Shown here in pieces: positions 1 to 14,107 of a DNA stretch of 64,000 nucleotides. A model generated the notes under the pieces. The model saw only the letters and a program-made list of their open reading frames with translations. It was not told where the DNA came from and ran no database searches. Every line of letters starts with the position of its first letter. Positions within the stretch are counted from its first letter, which is position 1. The stretch is from Camelus ferus (taxonomy: Eukaryota). The translations under genes and the position numbers were made by a program. The DNA lies in NCBI RefSeq assembly GCF_009834535.1, contig NC_045697.1, forward strand, positions 52,454,001 through 52,518,000, read 5' to 3'.

Positions 1-1290
1 TCTTTAGATTACAGACTTCTCTTCCTTCAGACCGAAACCTCAACACATAATTTTACAAAAGACTAAAATCAACCCCTAATAATTTAATGTCCATGTAACA
101 GCAGTTCTTTAAATAATATAATTGTTTTTAACTACTAGATCAATTTTCTTGAGCTGGCAAAACAGAATATTTTCCACTCTGCTGCATTTCATTGAACAAG
201 CGTGGCCTAGCTCTCCTAAACCTTTTACCTGGTGAGATGTTTTATTTCAGGAAAATTTGAGTACAGGGCATTTTTCAAAGGAAAGTAACATCTGAAAAAC
301 TGCTCTATGAGCAAAATTAAAAGGACCCCTTTGAAAGCCACATTTTCTTCTCTGAACCGCCTACCAGGTTTCTAGTGTCCACTCAATACAAAAGGCACCA
401 GATACAAACATGAATGCCCCCAAATAACGCTGGGCTTGAAGCTAATGTGAGATGATGAGTGCATACAATTTTGTACTTTACATTAAAAAACAAAGTCAGT
501 TTTTTAGATTAAGTGGGTGAAAATTCTCCTTGAATAAGTAAAGAAATCTGAACTGTATTTTCTTAAAGCAATGAAGTCTTAGTAATCCTAATCATAAATT
601 AATAGCAGTTTATGTAAATGAATAGATAAGACTGATTTCTAATTATCAAATCAATTCTATGTAAGCAGCAACACTGAAATGAATTTGAAAGCAGCTTTTC
701 ACTAAGTACTTTAAATTTCCTGGGCAATAGTCTAAGTTCACTGATTTGCTTTGGAAATTCTTTGTAAATACTGCAGTGCTACATGTCAACCCAAGCACTG
801 TCCTAACTGCTGCAAAATCTGAATAGGTAGAAGCCAAATGAATAAGGTTTCCACTATAATGGTAATCCTGACTGATGTCACAACTTTTCCAAGAAACCTC
901 ATATACAGTCTCAATATTTCTCTCATTTCTGAAAGACAGTTATAGCGTAGCTATCTGTATTTGTACTCCATGGAGGGAGCAGAGAACAGCATGGGGCCAA
1001 GGCAGACGCAGGAACCAGATGGGGAAGAGGAGGCCTGTGTTAAGAAATAATCAGATCTATTGTCCCTCCCGACCTTATCTGATTCTCATTAATAGAAGTA
1101 ATATTAACACCTTCACTGATGTTTAACTTTGTAATACACTGAAAGAATTCAGAAGTCAACACTTCTGGGTAAACCTTAAGCAAGATGATCAGCATTCTCG
1201 TATCTCTTCCCACCTCCCTCCCTAACAAACTCTCCACCCCTCCCCTCTAACACCCTGAACCAGAGACAAATGCTTCCCAATGTTCTGAAT

Positions 1291-1463
1291 CAGTGGTTCC
1301 CAAAGTGCGGTTCCCAGAGCAGCAGCAGCAGCAGCCGGTGAGCACGTGATAAAAATGTAAATTCCTGGGACTCACCGCAGACCAACTATATCCAACTCAG
1401 CAATGGGGGTTTTAACAAACCTTCAAAATGATTTTAAAGTAAGCTAAAGTTGGAGAGCCACTG
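1291..1463. mobile_element. MER5A-like hAT-Charlie MITE
   Basis: Termini CAGTGGTTCCCAAAGT ... AGTTGGAGAGCCACTG; degenerate 8-bp TSD ttctgaat/ctctaaat. Confidence 0.8.
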
Positions 1464-2689
1464 CTCTAAATAAACCAGTTATCTTAACCAGAGGATATGT
1501 CCTAGCATGTCCTTGCTCCCAGCTATGATACTGCAAGCACATTATGAAATTAGCATCCCTGCCACATAACCACACACCAAAAGATCATATGTGGTCTTTC
1601 CTCTAAATCCTCACCTATGCAATCAAATAAATACATTACTTTGTTTTCAAAACTCACTGTTTAATCAGCCTTTTCCAGAAACATATCACCCAAGTCAAAG
1701 AAGACAAGGACAAGCGCCAAGAAGTTACAAACCAAATTCTCTCTGGGAATCAGAAATTTCTGTGTGGCACGTCAGCAAACCTGGGATGCTGTTGCACAAC
1801 GGGTCCCTGACAATGTTCTACTGTGGATATTTTGCACTTAACAGTCAATAAGACACACTGTCAGAGTAAATCAGTGCTTTCTCTTTAGAGTTTTGGCTGA
1901 TGATGTAGACTCATTATACTGCAATCCTGAGCGAGTTGGGGTGGCAGGGGAAAATGTCACCTTGTACAAAAAAGGTGAAATACAAGACTACCCAAAAGTA
2001 TGCTACTCCTTGTGCAGGTGGCGATTCCTCTACTCAAAGCTACCGCTAGCAGACCTTTTCTGTCTAAAAACCCAGGGCATATGAATGTCTCATTACTGCT
2101 CTTGGTCCAAAGAAACTTTGTTTTTTTTCAGTTTGATTTTTAAAAAAAGAAGATAAAGAAAAAGAACCAGCCTCAAGTGTACAATCATAATTAATTTCCA
2201 TACCACTGTATTTTGGCCTTAAGAAAAAGAAAGCTTTGGAGAATCACATTTTCAAGCAGTTTCACACAATCAAAAACAATTTCATTTTCAAAGTACTCAC
2301 TTGGCAGGTACATCCTGTCTTCTCTAAAAATTAATTGCATTCTGTACTAAGTTTGAAAATCACTGTTAGTCTTTTTAGCACACATGTAGCAATGCATAAA
2401 GTCCTTGCAATTGTATCTACTAGATACAATAAAGAGGGGTAAGGAGAATGTACAGCAAAGGAAGACGGTGATACTCTTATTTGTACATATTAGATAAAAA
2501 TGTAAACACACATGTAACACAATGACACATAAACTGACCCCTCACCTCATACCAGTATAATGAGCCTACAGACCATTCTCTGTACCCTCACTGACTCACT
2601 CATACTCTCTTCCCCCTCTATTGACATAATAAATCTACTAGAAAATGTGCATATCTAAGATGAAGGGTCAACTAATCTTTCTGAGTACT

Positions 2690-2872
2690 AAGTACTTTAA
2701 CTTTCATTATTTTACTTAATCCTCATAAAAGCACTCTGAGATTAGTATTATTATTTTTAACACTTTATACATAAGCAAAAGGAACTTCAAGGAGGTTAAG
2801 TGCATGATCACACAGCAAGTGGTAAAACTAACATTTAACTCTGGATCTCTGAATACCAATCCCACTGCCTCT
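2690..2872 (-). mobile_element. MIR SINE
   Basis: ttaatcctcataa...attattattttt...gaggttaagtg...gatcacacagcaagtgg, the reverse-strand MIR core; boundaries approximate. Confidence 0.6.
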
Positions 2873-5599
2873 GAGAAAAAAAAAAAAAGGGTTCTCTATG
2901 TTATTTACATAAATAAACACATAAACGTCATCATTTCTAATGAAGAGGAAATATAATGTACAACCACAAGGAGTATATTCCATTTCCATGCCGATTCCAT
3001 GTAATATAATATCATGAAGGATGTTTAAGACAGAAATGTACTCGGTTTCCAGTTTAGCTCTCCTCAAAGATGAAGTCTGCATTTCTTTACTTTTTTATTT
3101 TCATAAAGAAAATAAAAGGAGAAAAATATTGAACTCTCAGCTATTCTGCCACTGTGATTGAAAAGGAGCCCCCAAACCAGAGCTCTGTGGCAGACAAGGA
3201 AGGATGCTAAAAGCAATAGCAAAGTAATTATAAAAGCAATAATGCCACATGCTTCTGTATGTCCTAATTCACAGCCATAGGCAAGCGTTTGTAGCATTCC
3301 ACAAGGTACATTCAGCCAATTCTCCATTATTTCCATTTTGGTTTCCCCCCTTTCAAGTTACTCCAACAGCAGTTTCTTCCCATTTAAACCACTAACAACG
3401 GGAAGATAATGGGACAAGGGGAATGAATCAGTTGGGACACTCACAAGAGTCTGACTGAGAAAGCCTAGAAGGAATGGCTGAGATAAGCTTGGATTTTGTC
3501 AGATGGCAACAGACCACTGAGAGCTGTCCCCACCAGAAATTAAAAACAACCAAGCATGTCATCACAACCTCCAACCCATTCTCATTATCCACCTCCAAGT
3601 AAATAAGAAATATTTAAAATGTAAATATGAGACTAAGGAAAGCCTAAAATATTGTCAGAAGGAGCTCTTTGAAGGAATGTCATAACTAAGAGAAAATCAA
3701 TTTGGATATTTTTGCTGGTTTCAATTTTAATTATTTTGTTTAGAGGATTTCTGCTGTTTGTTTGTGCATGATTTAATATAATGTAAACTCCAAGAGCCCA
3801 AAGCCAAGGTCGTTAGTTTGTCCTGTTCACAGTCATAGCCTCGGAGCTTGGCACTAGTGGCCCTTAATAAACACTTGTGAATGAATGGATAATAGCAACT
3901 GAATATCATTTTACTTCCATTTGGAGTGAATACTAAAAACACTACTGTTCAAAGTCGATTTCCTATGGTGGAAGATGCTGTGTGCACACTCCAAGAACCT
4001 TCAGACTTGGAAAGCCTCAGAGTAAACAAGGAAGAAGTGTGTAGCTGGCCCAGAACTAACAAAATGGAAAGACCTTGCCAAGCTGGCTAAAGCCCTGCCA
4101 GTCAGCAGTGGGAACAGAGGAAAGAAGCAATGAACGGGGAAAGGAGAAACTCTAGTGCAGGAATAATCAGGACACGAGAATGAGAGGAAAAGTAAGGGAG
4201 GGTGTCAGAACCTCAGCGAAAGGGAAGGAGAGCCTTGGGTAGAGGAGAGTCTGAGGGAACTGAAGTAGCTCAAAGAATGCAATTGCCTGGGAAAGTGAAG
4301 TAAGTTTGGAAGAAGGAAGAAGAAGGACATCAAAAGATCCAGATAACTACAAAGCATGTGAGTCAAGTTCTAGCCAAAAGCTGAAGTCATCTCTAATGTA
4401 TGGGGCCAGGATAACGGAGCAGGCATCCTTATGAGGGAGCTGGCAGTGTGCAGAGGCCCGACAGGAGCACGGCAAACACAAAGACTATTCTCTCTTTAAA
4501 AACCATTCTCTATCCTTTTGAGACCTCTGCTGTCCACGTGACCCTTTGTAATCGACCCATCCTCAACTTCCTTGACCCTGTTCCCTCCTGTTTTTGAATT
4601 TTCTGAACTAGTCTGTGGGCTTTACCCCAGATTCAGTGTTAGGGCTTGGACATCTCAATGTCAAATACACAAGGTTCATCTCTTCTAAGTCTTTTTAAAA
4701 TTTTAACCAGCGAAAGCCAAATGCTGTAACCACAGTGACTTCCATTCTAATAATGTTGCACTGGACAATTAATTTTTATTATGATCTAAATTAGGTAGCT
4801 TAATTTTTTTAAGGCATTCCATTCTCTTCCTGCACATGTGCGTGCACACACCCACACATATGACATTTAAAAAATCTCTACACAGCTGAGGAAATGTTCA
4901 GAAACAAACAGGTACTAGAAAATGTACTAAAACAGGTAAAACCCCATATAGGACTCCAGCGAATCTGCAGTCCTTGTGATTATACATAGTATTCGTGACT
5001 GTATGGTAGTTCTTTCTGTGTCTCACCTGCGTATAAGTCCACACACACGTGCACGTGCGCACACACACACACAATATAAATCTATAAACCAAAAGTTACT
5101 ATGTCCAAAGAATAGAGGTGGAAGTATATAAAATAATTTGTGACCTTATCTCATGAAAGTAGGAAAAAAAAGAAAGAAAAAGAACTGGGCTATGCTCTCC
5201 AGTAAAAAAGGTAAGCGAGAAAAACCAACGGAAGATTATGACTGAAGGAAATGAACATCTCACTGCCTTCTTTCCAAAAAGGCACTAGTCCAGAGAGATT
5301 TTACTAAATGCTCTTATGCCAAAGTTGAGGAATTTGAATAGGTCCCTGCAGCCACACCATTCCAAGTACATGTACCAGTGTCTGATTTGCTAAGCTGAAC
5401 TTTACTCTCTCGTATCTATTATTTTGATACCATATCCAAGATATGGTAAAATTTCACAAACTCAGATTAATGGAGCTATCTCTGAACTGATCAAGTGCCT
5501 AAATTTAAAATAATTTAAGAAGGCTACCAATTCAACTTAGTATATGACTTGGCCTATGAGTCCCTGGGGAAAAATAAACAAAATAAACCACACATACAC

Positions 5600-6760
5600 A
5601 CAAAAAAAATCCAGCACTTCATGTAAATGAATCATCACACAACTTCACAACACCAAGAATGAAAAGAATATCCTAAAATTTTCCATCTAGAGAGAAAAGA
5701 AGTAAGAGTTACACTTTGGAATTCTCTTAAGCAACACAAATGGAAGAAGAGAATGGAACCTGCTTTCAAAGTTCTAGAAGAAAAATTTTTTCAACCTACA
5801 ATTCTCTACTCATCCAAATTACCAATCAAGTGTGAAAAAATAATACGAAATTTTCGGGGAAAAAAAAAACAAAAAATCAACTTTTATATGTCCTTTCATG
5901 CAAAGTCACTTGAAACATGGTTTAGCAAAATGAAAAAATAAACTGAGAAAAAGAGATACGTGGCGTCCGCTTCAGGAGACCAATTAAAGTCAGTGCCAGA
6001 GCAGCAGCTGTGCTGCAGGGGCAGGGGACAGCCGTGTCTTACAGAGCAGGAGGGTGGTCCAGGGGAGAGAGGAGACAGCGAGGAGGGAGCACCTGGGCCA
6101 AGGAAGTATCTATAGGGTTTATTAGTGTCCCTTAGGTACTGAAAGAGCTCGGGAATACAGTAACAATAGGTAATTTGGGGGGGAAAAATGCAATTTACAA
6201 CTCCAGGATACAAAAACTATGTAAGAAAGAAAATGTGATAACCATTACACAGCTTTAAACTATATTTATATAGTCTTAATACTATGAATACTATTTATGA
6301 ACTTCTGACTTTAGAAAAAACTGATAGAGAAAGCACAGAATGAATGGATAGAGACAAGAATGTAAACCTAATCAATACTGACAATAAATAGAAGTACCAG
6401 TGACAGAAATCTGGAAGTGGAAGTGGCAAGGACAGAGGCAAGGAATGGCAGGGAAGCCAATATCCTTTTCTGACACAGTAAGAAGTCAAAAGATCCCGCC
6501 CATACTTCCTACAAAAAGACATAAATATAGGTTTATTACCTAAAATTACAAATGTAATTAATAATGGAACTAAGAATAGTGATAGAAATGTTATTTGGAG
6601 GAAGGAAACGTGTTCAAAATCGGTAAAATCTTTTCTAGCAAAGAAAAAATTAAAAGATGAAGCAAAGGAGTTTGCTCTTCATTAGAAGTCCTTCTGTGCT
6701 CTTCAATTTCATACCCATTTGCACATAATACTTTAATAAAAACATAATACATATGTCTAT
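5600..6760 (+). mobile_element. Old degraded L1 (L1M-type) fragments
   Basis: A-rich; ORF1-end-like motif ttcaacctacaattctctactcatccaaattaccaatcaagtgtgaa; boundaries approximate. Confidence 0.45.
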
Positions 6761-7570
6761 TTATCATATAATAAAGTTAATTAATTAAAGTACTTTTATT
6801 ATTTTTAAGTCCCTGAGATTAAGCTGAAACATTACAGACTAGTAGCAAGCTTGGGAGTTTTAATTAAATCAAAATTTTAATATAAACATGGAGATCAAGA
6901 TTTTAAAAGAGTTTAAAGTCAATTTTTAAGTAGTTCTAAAAACATGCTCCATGAAATAATATTTACACTGTTTTTTTAAATTATGGCAAGGGAAATTTTT
7001 CCTGAAGGCTCTGTCAGAATTATCAAATTCACCTCAATAGTTTTAATCACCCAAATCCCTTGTATATGAAAAGCATATGCAGGGGGAAAAAAAGGGTTGT
7101 CCATAAAAGTAAGCCATTTAACAGACGTACAGATCCTACATCTGCAGCCAAATACATATATAGATATGAATGTCAATACCACTGCTGATGTAGATTCAGT
7201 TTATTAGTATTATATATGGACACAGAGATAAATATAAAGTTTTAAAAGAGTAACAGACACACTCTCTGGGCCTCCAGCTACAAATGTAGCCACTCCTAAC
7301 TGCTCCTGATTTATGGCTCACAAACTGTGACCCGGAGAAAAGCTAGTTAAATTGGCTTCCTCGTGCAGTAACTCCTCATGGTCTTGCTGATGCACATCCA
7401 ACTAGCTGATAGACATTGGGCAACCAGTGGTCACAGATCACCCACAGCTCAGACAGCAGCCTCCAGGAAAGGAGGGAGCAAGGATCTCTGAGCCCATCAT
7501 GTCCCTGTCACCTAAGTGGTCCTGAAAAGTCTCCACATTTGAGTGTCCAACTCAGAGCGAAAGTAGGGTG

Positions 7571-8128
7571 TATAACAGAGAAGAAGAAATCTGATGCCAT
7601 ATTGGGTCTGTTCCTCTAAGCTTTGTGCTCTGTTGCCTGTGCTTAGTCATGCTGGCTCTGCACCTTTGTCTAGTCAAACAGGTAAAGAACGTTGCCTATA
7701 GCCTGAAGTGTACATAATAGCAATGTCAAGGCTCTGCCCCCCAGGCTAGACTTTCAAAAGCTTAACACTTTTCATTCATGTAGAGATAAAATGTTGCAGA
7801 ACAGAAAATAACATTTGTCTTGCTGAAGGTTTACAGGGACATCCTGACCAGACCTATGTGGACAGCTGTAAGAACAAAGGATTACCACATCCCCTCCAGA
7901 GTTTGGCCAGCACCAAGAGGTCTGCAACAACCAACCACACCCACTTCCCTTTTACAATAAAAGAAGTCTGAACTCTAACTCAGGTAAGATGGTTCTTTGG
8001 AACACTGGTTCCCTATCTTCTCTGTGTGTTGGCTTTCTGAATAAAGCTGCTATTCCTTGCCCCAACACCTTGTCTCTCAACTTACTGGTTTGCTGCACAC
8101 CCAGCAGCATGAGTTTGGAGTGGCAGCA
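7571..8128 (+). mobile_element. Solo LTR, ERV1-class (same family as 11776-12406)
   Basis: Starts tataacagagaagaa, ends ...ggcagca; AATAAA at ~8040; 4-bp TSD ggtg/ggcg; collinear homology with the LTR at 11776-12406. Confidence 0.85.
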
Positions 8129-11100
8129 GGCGCATCATCTCTCCCAGCATGTGCTGGCTCATACACTCACTTTCTCTGCCTTGGAGAGGTTTATTACACA
8201 ATTCAGCCAAAGTGGCATCTAGGTCCCAAATGGTGAAACAACTCTGGCATACCAAGTAATCCTGCAGTCACTCTGGGGAATTCTGGCCAGAACTAGGATG
8301 GGCCCAGAATTTCCTTCCTACTGAAAAGCTCAAGTTGAACTGAATGCTTGCAGTTCTGAGTTGACACTGTCTCATCCAAAATCTCATCTAGTCATCTCAT
8401 TCTAAGAAATCCCAAGGGTTTTTTAACTCCATGACACAGACCTGCATAGCACCAAGTGCCAGGGCCATGATTTTTCTGACTGGTGGGTGGGGTGTATGGG
8501 GTGGTGGCTTGCAACTTGCCTCTCTCAGATGAACCTAATGGGTCTATGAGGAGAAATATAAAAGGAACCCAAGAGATAACTTATGTCAGCATGGTATCAT
8601 GAGAAGAAGACAGAAGCAGAGTAAGAAAACTTTATGAAATAAAATAATCATCCCTTACAGGACTGCTGTAAGGATTAAGCAAGGAAACGCATGAGCAAGT
8701 GTCCTGCACAGATGTTCAACGTTAGTTTCTTCTCTTTCCCTTTGGCGTATAATCACATGCATAAATCTTCTCTGAATTCAAGATCTTTAGAAAACCGTGA
8801 ACTACAATTGCCATGATAGGATCTTACCATTTGCAATTTTCCAGCCTATAGAGGTGAGATCAGAGAACTGAGAGGTTGAATTGGGGAGCTGAAATTATCT
8901 GAGCTGACTCAAGAAGTGAGGACCGAGGCTCAGAGGCAGCTATTACTCATCACACTGAGGCTATGCGGTGACTTCAGGCAAACAAAAGTCAGAGAGCTTT
9001 GAGCAAAAGTGTTGGATGTCCTACTGAGTGCAGAGGTCATTAGTAATTAGTTGACAAACCTGTGTAATAGGTACCTAACTTACCTATGTACATTATAAGA
9101 AGTTCTTTAGGTAATCGCTAATGTTTGCTGAGGACAATGTGATCTGAATTTATTCTAGCACCTGTCATTCTGATTTGAAGGCAATATATGCTTTTCTATA
9201 TTTACTTCTGAAGTGTGGACTGGATGGGAAAAAAGACAGTGGTAAAATACATGAAGGTTTGCAAAACAACAGAAGATGCAGACACTCTAAGAATACTTCA
9301 CCGGGTCTAGTTAGACTGTTTAAAGATTGCCTAAATCAGTGGGCAAAGGTACTTTCTAGAAAATCCATTTTCTGCTGAACCAAGATGAAGAGGGGGAAAA
9401 AAGCAGAGGAAGAGAAAGAAACCGTGTAAGTAATAATCTGAACCAGCATCAAAATGTTAGCTTCAGAAATTCCTCCAGCACAGTACTACTAGAAATTTCT
9501 CACAAGTTACACATTATCTCTTGAGCAGGAAGATAATATAGAGAGTATAATAAGTTTAAATATCCCACAGGGTAGATAGTCTGGAAGGCTGGGTATGTTA
9601 TTAGAGCTGAGGCTCGGAGAGTCACAGAGTTAAAGGACACCGAGAACACAACCAACTTTTATCCCAAGCAGTTTTTCTCCTCTAACAACAGACAGAGCTA
9701 GTCTCCTGAGGTTGGCTTCTATACTTTTGATGACAGGAAACTTGCCACTAAATGAAATGATCTGTTGTACTGTAATAGAGCTCATTCTCAAATGGAGAAA
9801 ACTGCCTCAGTTTTCTAGGTAAGTTGTAGCATCTGGATGGACCAAGAGATTAGGAGATGCCAACCAAAGCACACATCTGCTTAGAAAGAGCTGGCTTTCA
9901 CTTAACTACACAGAACTTCTTAGAATGTACATTCTCCTATGTCTCCAGGCCTAACTAAGGATTTTCATAAGCAGAAGCACTTGCTTTACCCTTTACAATT
10001 CTCCAGCCCTGGGGAATTGGTCCCTGCAGCCCTCCCTCCCTCCCAAGAAGCTGGTAAACAAAGGTCCCTTGATGAGAAAGCCCTGCATCCATACAGGACC
10101 GATGGGACTCCATCCATCCCTGCCAGCAGGGCCCGAACCTGGATTAGTCATTGATCCTTCTGAAAAATCACTGAAATTCATGAATCATTGAATCATGAAA
10201 ATAAAAACTACATTCAAATCCTTATCTAAAACATCGGGAGTCCAAGTCAATATCTTATTCCTTAAAATGCTCACCTAACAGGGCCAGGTTCTGTTCTTTG
10301 AAACCTCAAAGCAAAGTTTCCTTTCCTCTTTGTGTTTGTGTTAAGCCAGCTCTCATGAACCAACTATGACGCCCTTTCTCCAATTCCGCTAATCAATACT
10401 CCGATGGCCGAGGCGGGCGTTTCTCTATCTGATCACCTCCTGGGTGGTCTCCAGGTCCTCATTCTCCACCTTCAGTGTGACCCACTCTTCTCCACAAGCA
10501 CTTCCCACTCTGCTCAAGAGAACCAGCTTCTCACAAACATCTCTCCCCTTGGTATAACAAGTCTACCTGGTAGGTCTCTGAAATAGGTGTCTGCCTTGCT
10601 CATTATATTTTCCCAGGACCAGCTGAGCACTAGCCACAGCGTGGTACTTAAAAATATTTAAGTGAATGAATGAATTGACCATTTGAATAAATTAATATAA
10701 CACTTCAAAACTCTATCACTGCAACTGGATATAATAAAACTATCACCACTAAAAGGGGAAGGGACATTCCCAATTCAAGGTGATAATAATCATTCTTACT
10801 TAAGACAGTAATCACAAGGATCGCTGAAATTAGTACAAATTGTAATAACAACCTACACAGCCTAGGCCCCTAGCTGGTTAAGAGGAAATGCCCCTTTCTT
10901 TCAGGCTCTACACACTTCACTAGAAACAGAGACAAAATTTATTCAAAGATGTCTTTTGGAAATTGGGGAAATGATTCAACCTTGACAACCTACAGCAATC
11001 CTAAAATCCAGGCCCAGCTTAAGTGTGTGCCACAAGAATCGATTTTTAAAGGAAGACTTTTACTGAGGGAAAAATTCATCATTCTAATTGGATTTATCCT

Positions 11101-11775
11101 GTTCCTCCTCCTCAAAAAGGATGCTGATATTAGTCTCTCCAAGACATTCCCCTAACAAGACTGCTCTTTGATTTGTAACCATGGTTACCCTTGCAGAACC
11201 CATCACAGTGCATGGCTTTCTGAGGCAAGAGCTGAGCATGGCCCAGAACCATCTGTGTGCTCCAGTGTGCTCCAGCTGTTCCCTGGAGGTGATAAGAATG
11301 GGCCTCAGAGAGTAGAACCATCCTAGAAAATCACCCTTCTGAATGCTGACTTGTGGCCTCTCATTGAGAAACACTAGGAATTTCATTTTCTAACTTGAAA
11401 CAGCAAAACTCTGAGTCATCAGTGTCCATACCTCTTGTCAGCAGACAAGAGCACTAACTGTGGCTAAAAGCAGGGAGACCCGAGGGCAGAGAGAATGAGA
11501 AGAAGAGAGGAAATCAAAAGGAACCATGTCATCTGGAGTCTGCAAACCTGAGTTCAAACCCCAGTGCCCCATTCACTGAATGACCGCAAACACTCCTCCT
11601 GCCAGACAGGCACGGTTACAGTCATAGAACCACCTCAGATTCTCATGGCTTAAAACAAAACTGGTTCACTTCTCCCTCAGGATAATAATGTGCATATGGA
11701 TTTGCTGGCAGTTTTGCTTCTACCTCTCTGTCCTTGGACCAGGACCAAAATGCATGGAGCAGCCTTCACTAGACA

Positions 11776-12406
11776 TGCACTAGGGAAGAACAACTCTAAC
11801 TCCCTATTAGATCTGCTTCTTTAGCTCTAACCCTGTGCTCTACTTCCTGTGCTTAGCTCTACATGCTGGTTCTGCACCTTTTGTAAAAGAGTGTTGCCTG
11901 TAGCCTGAAATATACAGGATGGCCCACTCTCAAGACTCTGACCTTTAAGGGTGTAACACCTTTCCATTCATACAGCGATAAAAAGTTGCAGAACAGAGAA
12001 TAACATTTGTCTTATTGGAGGTTTACAGGAACATCATGACCTGACCTACATGGACCTACAGTGAACCAGTTTTGTTTTAAGCCATGAGAATCTGAGGTGG
12101 TTCTATGACTGTAACCGTGCCTGTCTGGCAGGAGGAGTGTTTGCGGTCATTCACCTGACCTACATGGACAGCTGCAAGAACAAAGGATTCTGACAATCAG
12201 TAAGTCTGGACAACCAACCACACCCTCTCCCCTATAATAGGAGCCGGATTTCTGACTTGGGGAAGATGGTTCTCCAGAACGTTAGTCTGCCATCTTCTCT
12301 ATCTACCGGCTTTCCAAATAAAGTCATTATTCCTTGCCCCAACACCTCGTCTCTCAATTTACTGGCCTGTTGTGTGGCGAGCAGAATGAGTTTGGACTCG
12401 GTAACA
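11776..12406 (+). mobile_element. Solo LTR, ERV1-class, nested in an older MaLR (MLT1-type) LTR (~11620-12600)
   Basis: TG...CA termini (tgcactagggaagaac ... ggtaaca), AATAAA at ~12317, TSD gaca/gacg; carries an internal templated insertion at 12056-12169. Confidence 0.85.
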
Positions 12407-13978
12407 GACGTACTGATGGTTTGAGAGAAAAGAAACTAGTGAAGCACATACTTGCTCTTGAAGCTTTCCCTGGGAATGATATCCATCAGTTCTCATGTAT
12501 CATTGGCCAAAGGAAGTCATGTGGTCCACTGAACTTCACGTGGGTGAGGAGGAGGGTATTCATATATGCCCAGAAAAAAGAGAGAACTGCAGAATTTGTG
12601 AACAGCCCTCAAGTACTGTGGTAGCATAACCTCACTGAGCCTCAGTGATTTCATCTGTAACAAAAGGTCGGGGATGCTTATTACTTCATGGGATGTTTTG
12701 TGGGGATTAAATGGGACAGCACTTGGTTGAATAAATGACAGCTGGTAGTAGCTGAAGTTGCCTTAGTAGTGTTATCTCAACCATGGACAGAAAGATCTGG
12801 TGAGCAAGAAACGGAGGCCCTAGCCAAGGAATCCAACTCCCAAATTCTACCACTATTAGCAGCCACAGAAAAGCAGCAGAGCTCCCCCATGCCAGAGAGG
12901 CTGGCTAGGCTGGGGATGAAGACTATGATCTAACAAATTCAAAAACCATTCCTGCTTGAGGTTTGCATATTACCTCTCTTTTCAGTCTTTTCTCTCATTT
13001 TCAGGTTAAGGGTTCAATTAATCAACAAATATTCACAAAGTGTCTGTGTATCAGGCAATACATTAGCTCCTGAGTAAGAAATAAATCACAGTTTTCTCCA
13101 AAAGAACCCCAATCTATGCAAGAAGAACCACAACTCATGGCCCGTTAACAGCCCTACACACCGCCAGCACCCCTCACCAAAAAAAAAAAAAAAAAAAAAG
13201 TCAAAGAAAACTAAGTCATACAAATAAGGAAATATATATAGATGAATTTGAGAAGAGTACCAAATAGTCAAAAACAAAAATGAAACTACCTATTGTTCAG
13301 AAGGTTTGTCTCAGGCAAATGGATACCACACATTCTGGCTAAGCAGATTGCTACATATTCTTTCCTTTCTTATTTGCTTTCAGATTAACTAGGTTCCTAA
13401 AGATGATAAGTGCATATCTTGTCCATTACACCCTAGTGGGGACAAAGGAGATACAAGTGTGACTGACAGTGCATGATTAGCAAATAATTTACCCATAGCA
13501 AGAGCTGGGTGGATGAATGAGTCCAGCCCTACATTTACTGAACATCCACTAAGTGTGCGACACTGCACTTGGCAGAGGGGATTCAAAGACGAGGGGGATG
13601 TGGCTCAGGCTCTTTGAGCACTTTGCCAACAGGGAAGGAAACATACTTGTTCTATGATATGATGGTAACGTAATGGTGGGGAGTATGAGAGCAGAAATGA
13701 GGCACTTTGGTGGGACGGAGGGAAAAGAGAGAAATGAAGAAGAGTCTCCTGGAGAAAATCAGAGCTTCAAGGATAGGTTAAACTCAGTCCGGTCAAGCGG
13801 GAGTAGCTGCAACAGCATGAATAAGGAATAGAGAGACTGAAAGGCAGGGAATCTAGGTATATGAAAATCCAAATTCTTGTAGCTTGTCGTACTAAAGTGG
13901 AAATGTGAAGAGAAGATTAGAGAGTTAAGCAAAGACCAAGTCAAGGAACATCACACAGATTAGAGAACCTGGGCTTGA

Positions 13979-14056
13979 TCTTTTTTATTTTTTAATTGAA
14001 GTATAGTCGGTTTACAATGTGGTGTTAATTTCTGGTGTACACTATAGTGATTCAGT

Positions 14057-14107
<51 letters not shown>

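Noticed and set aside
8129..11775. Internal region of a provirus between the two related LTRs
   Set aside because: Each LTR has its own TSD, and no PBS/gag/pol/env relics are evident between them.
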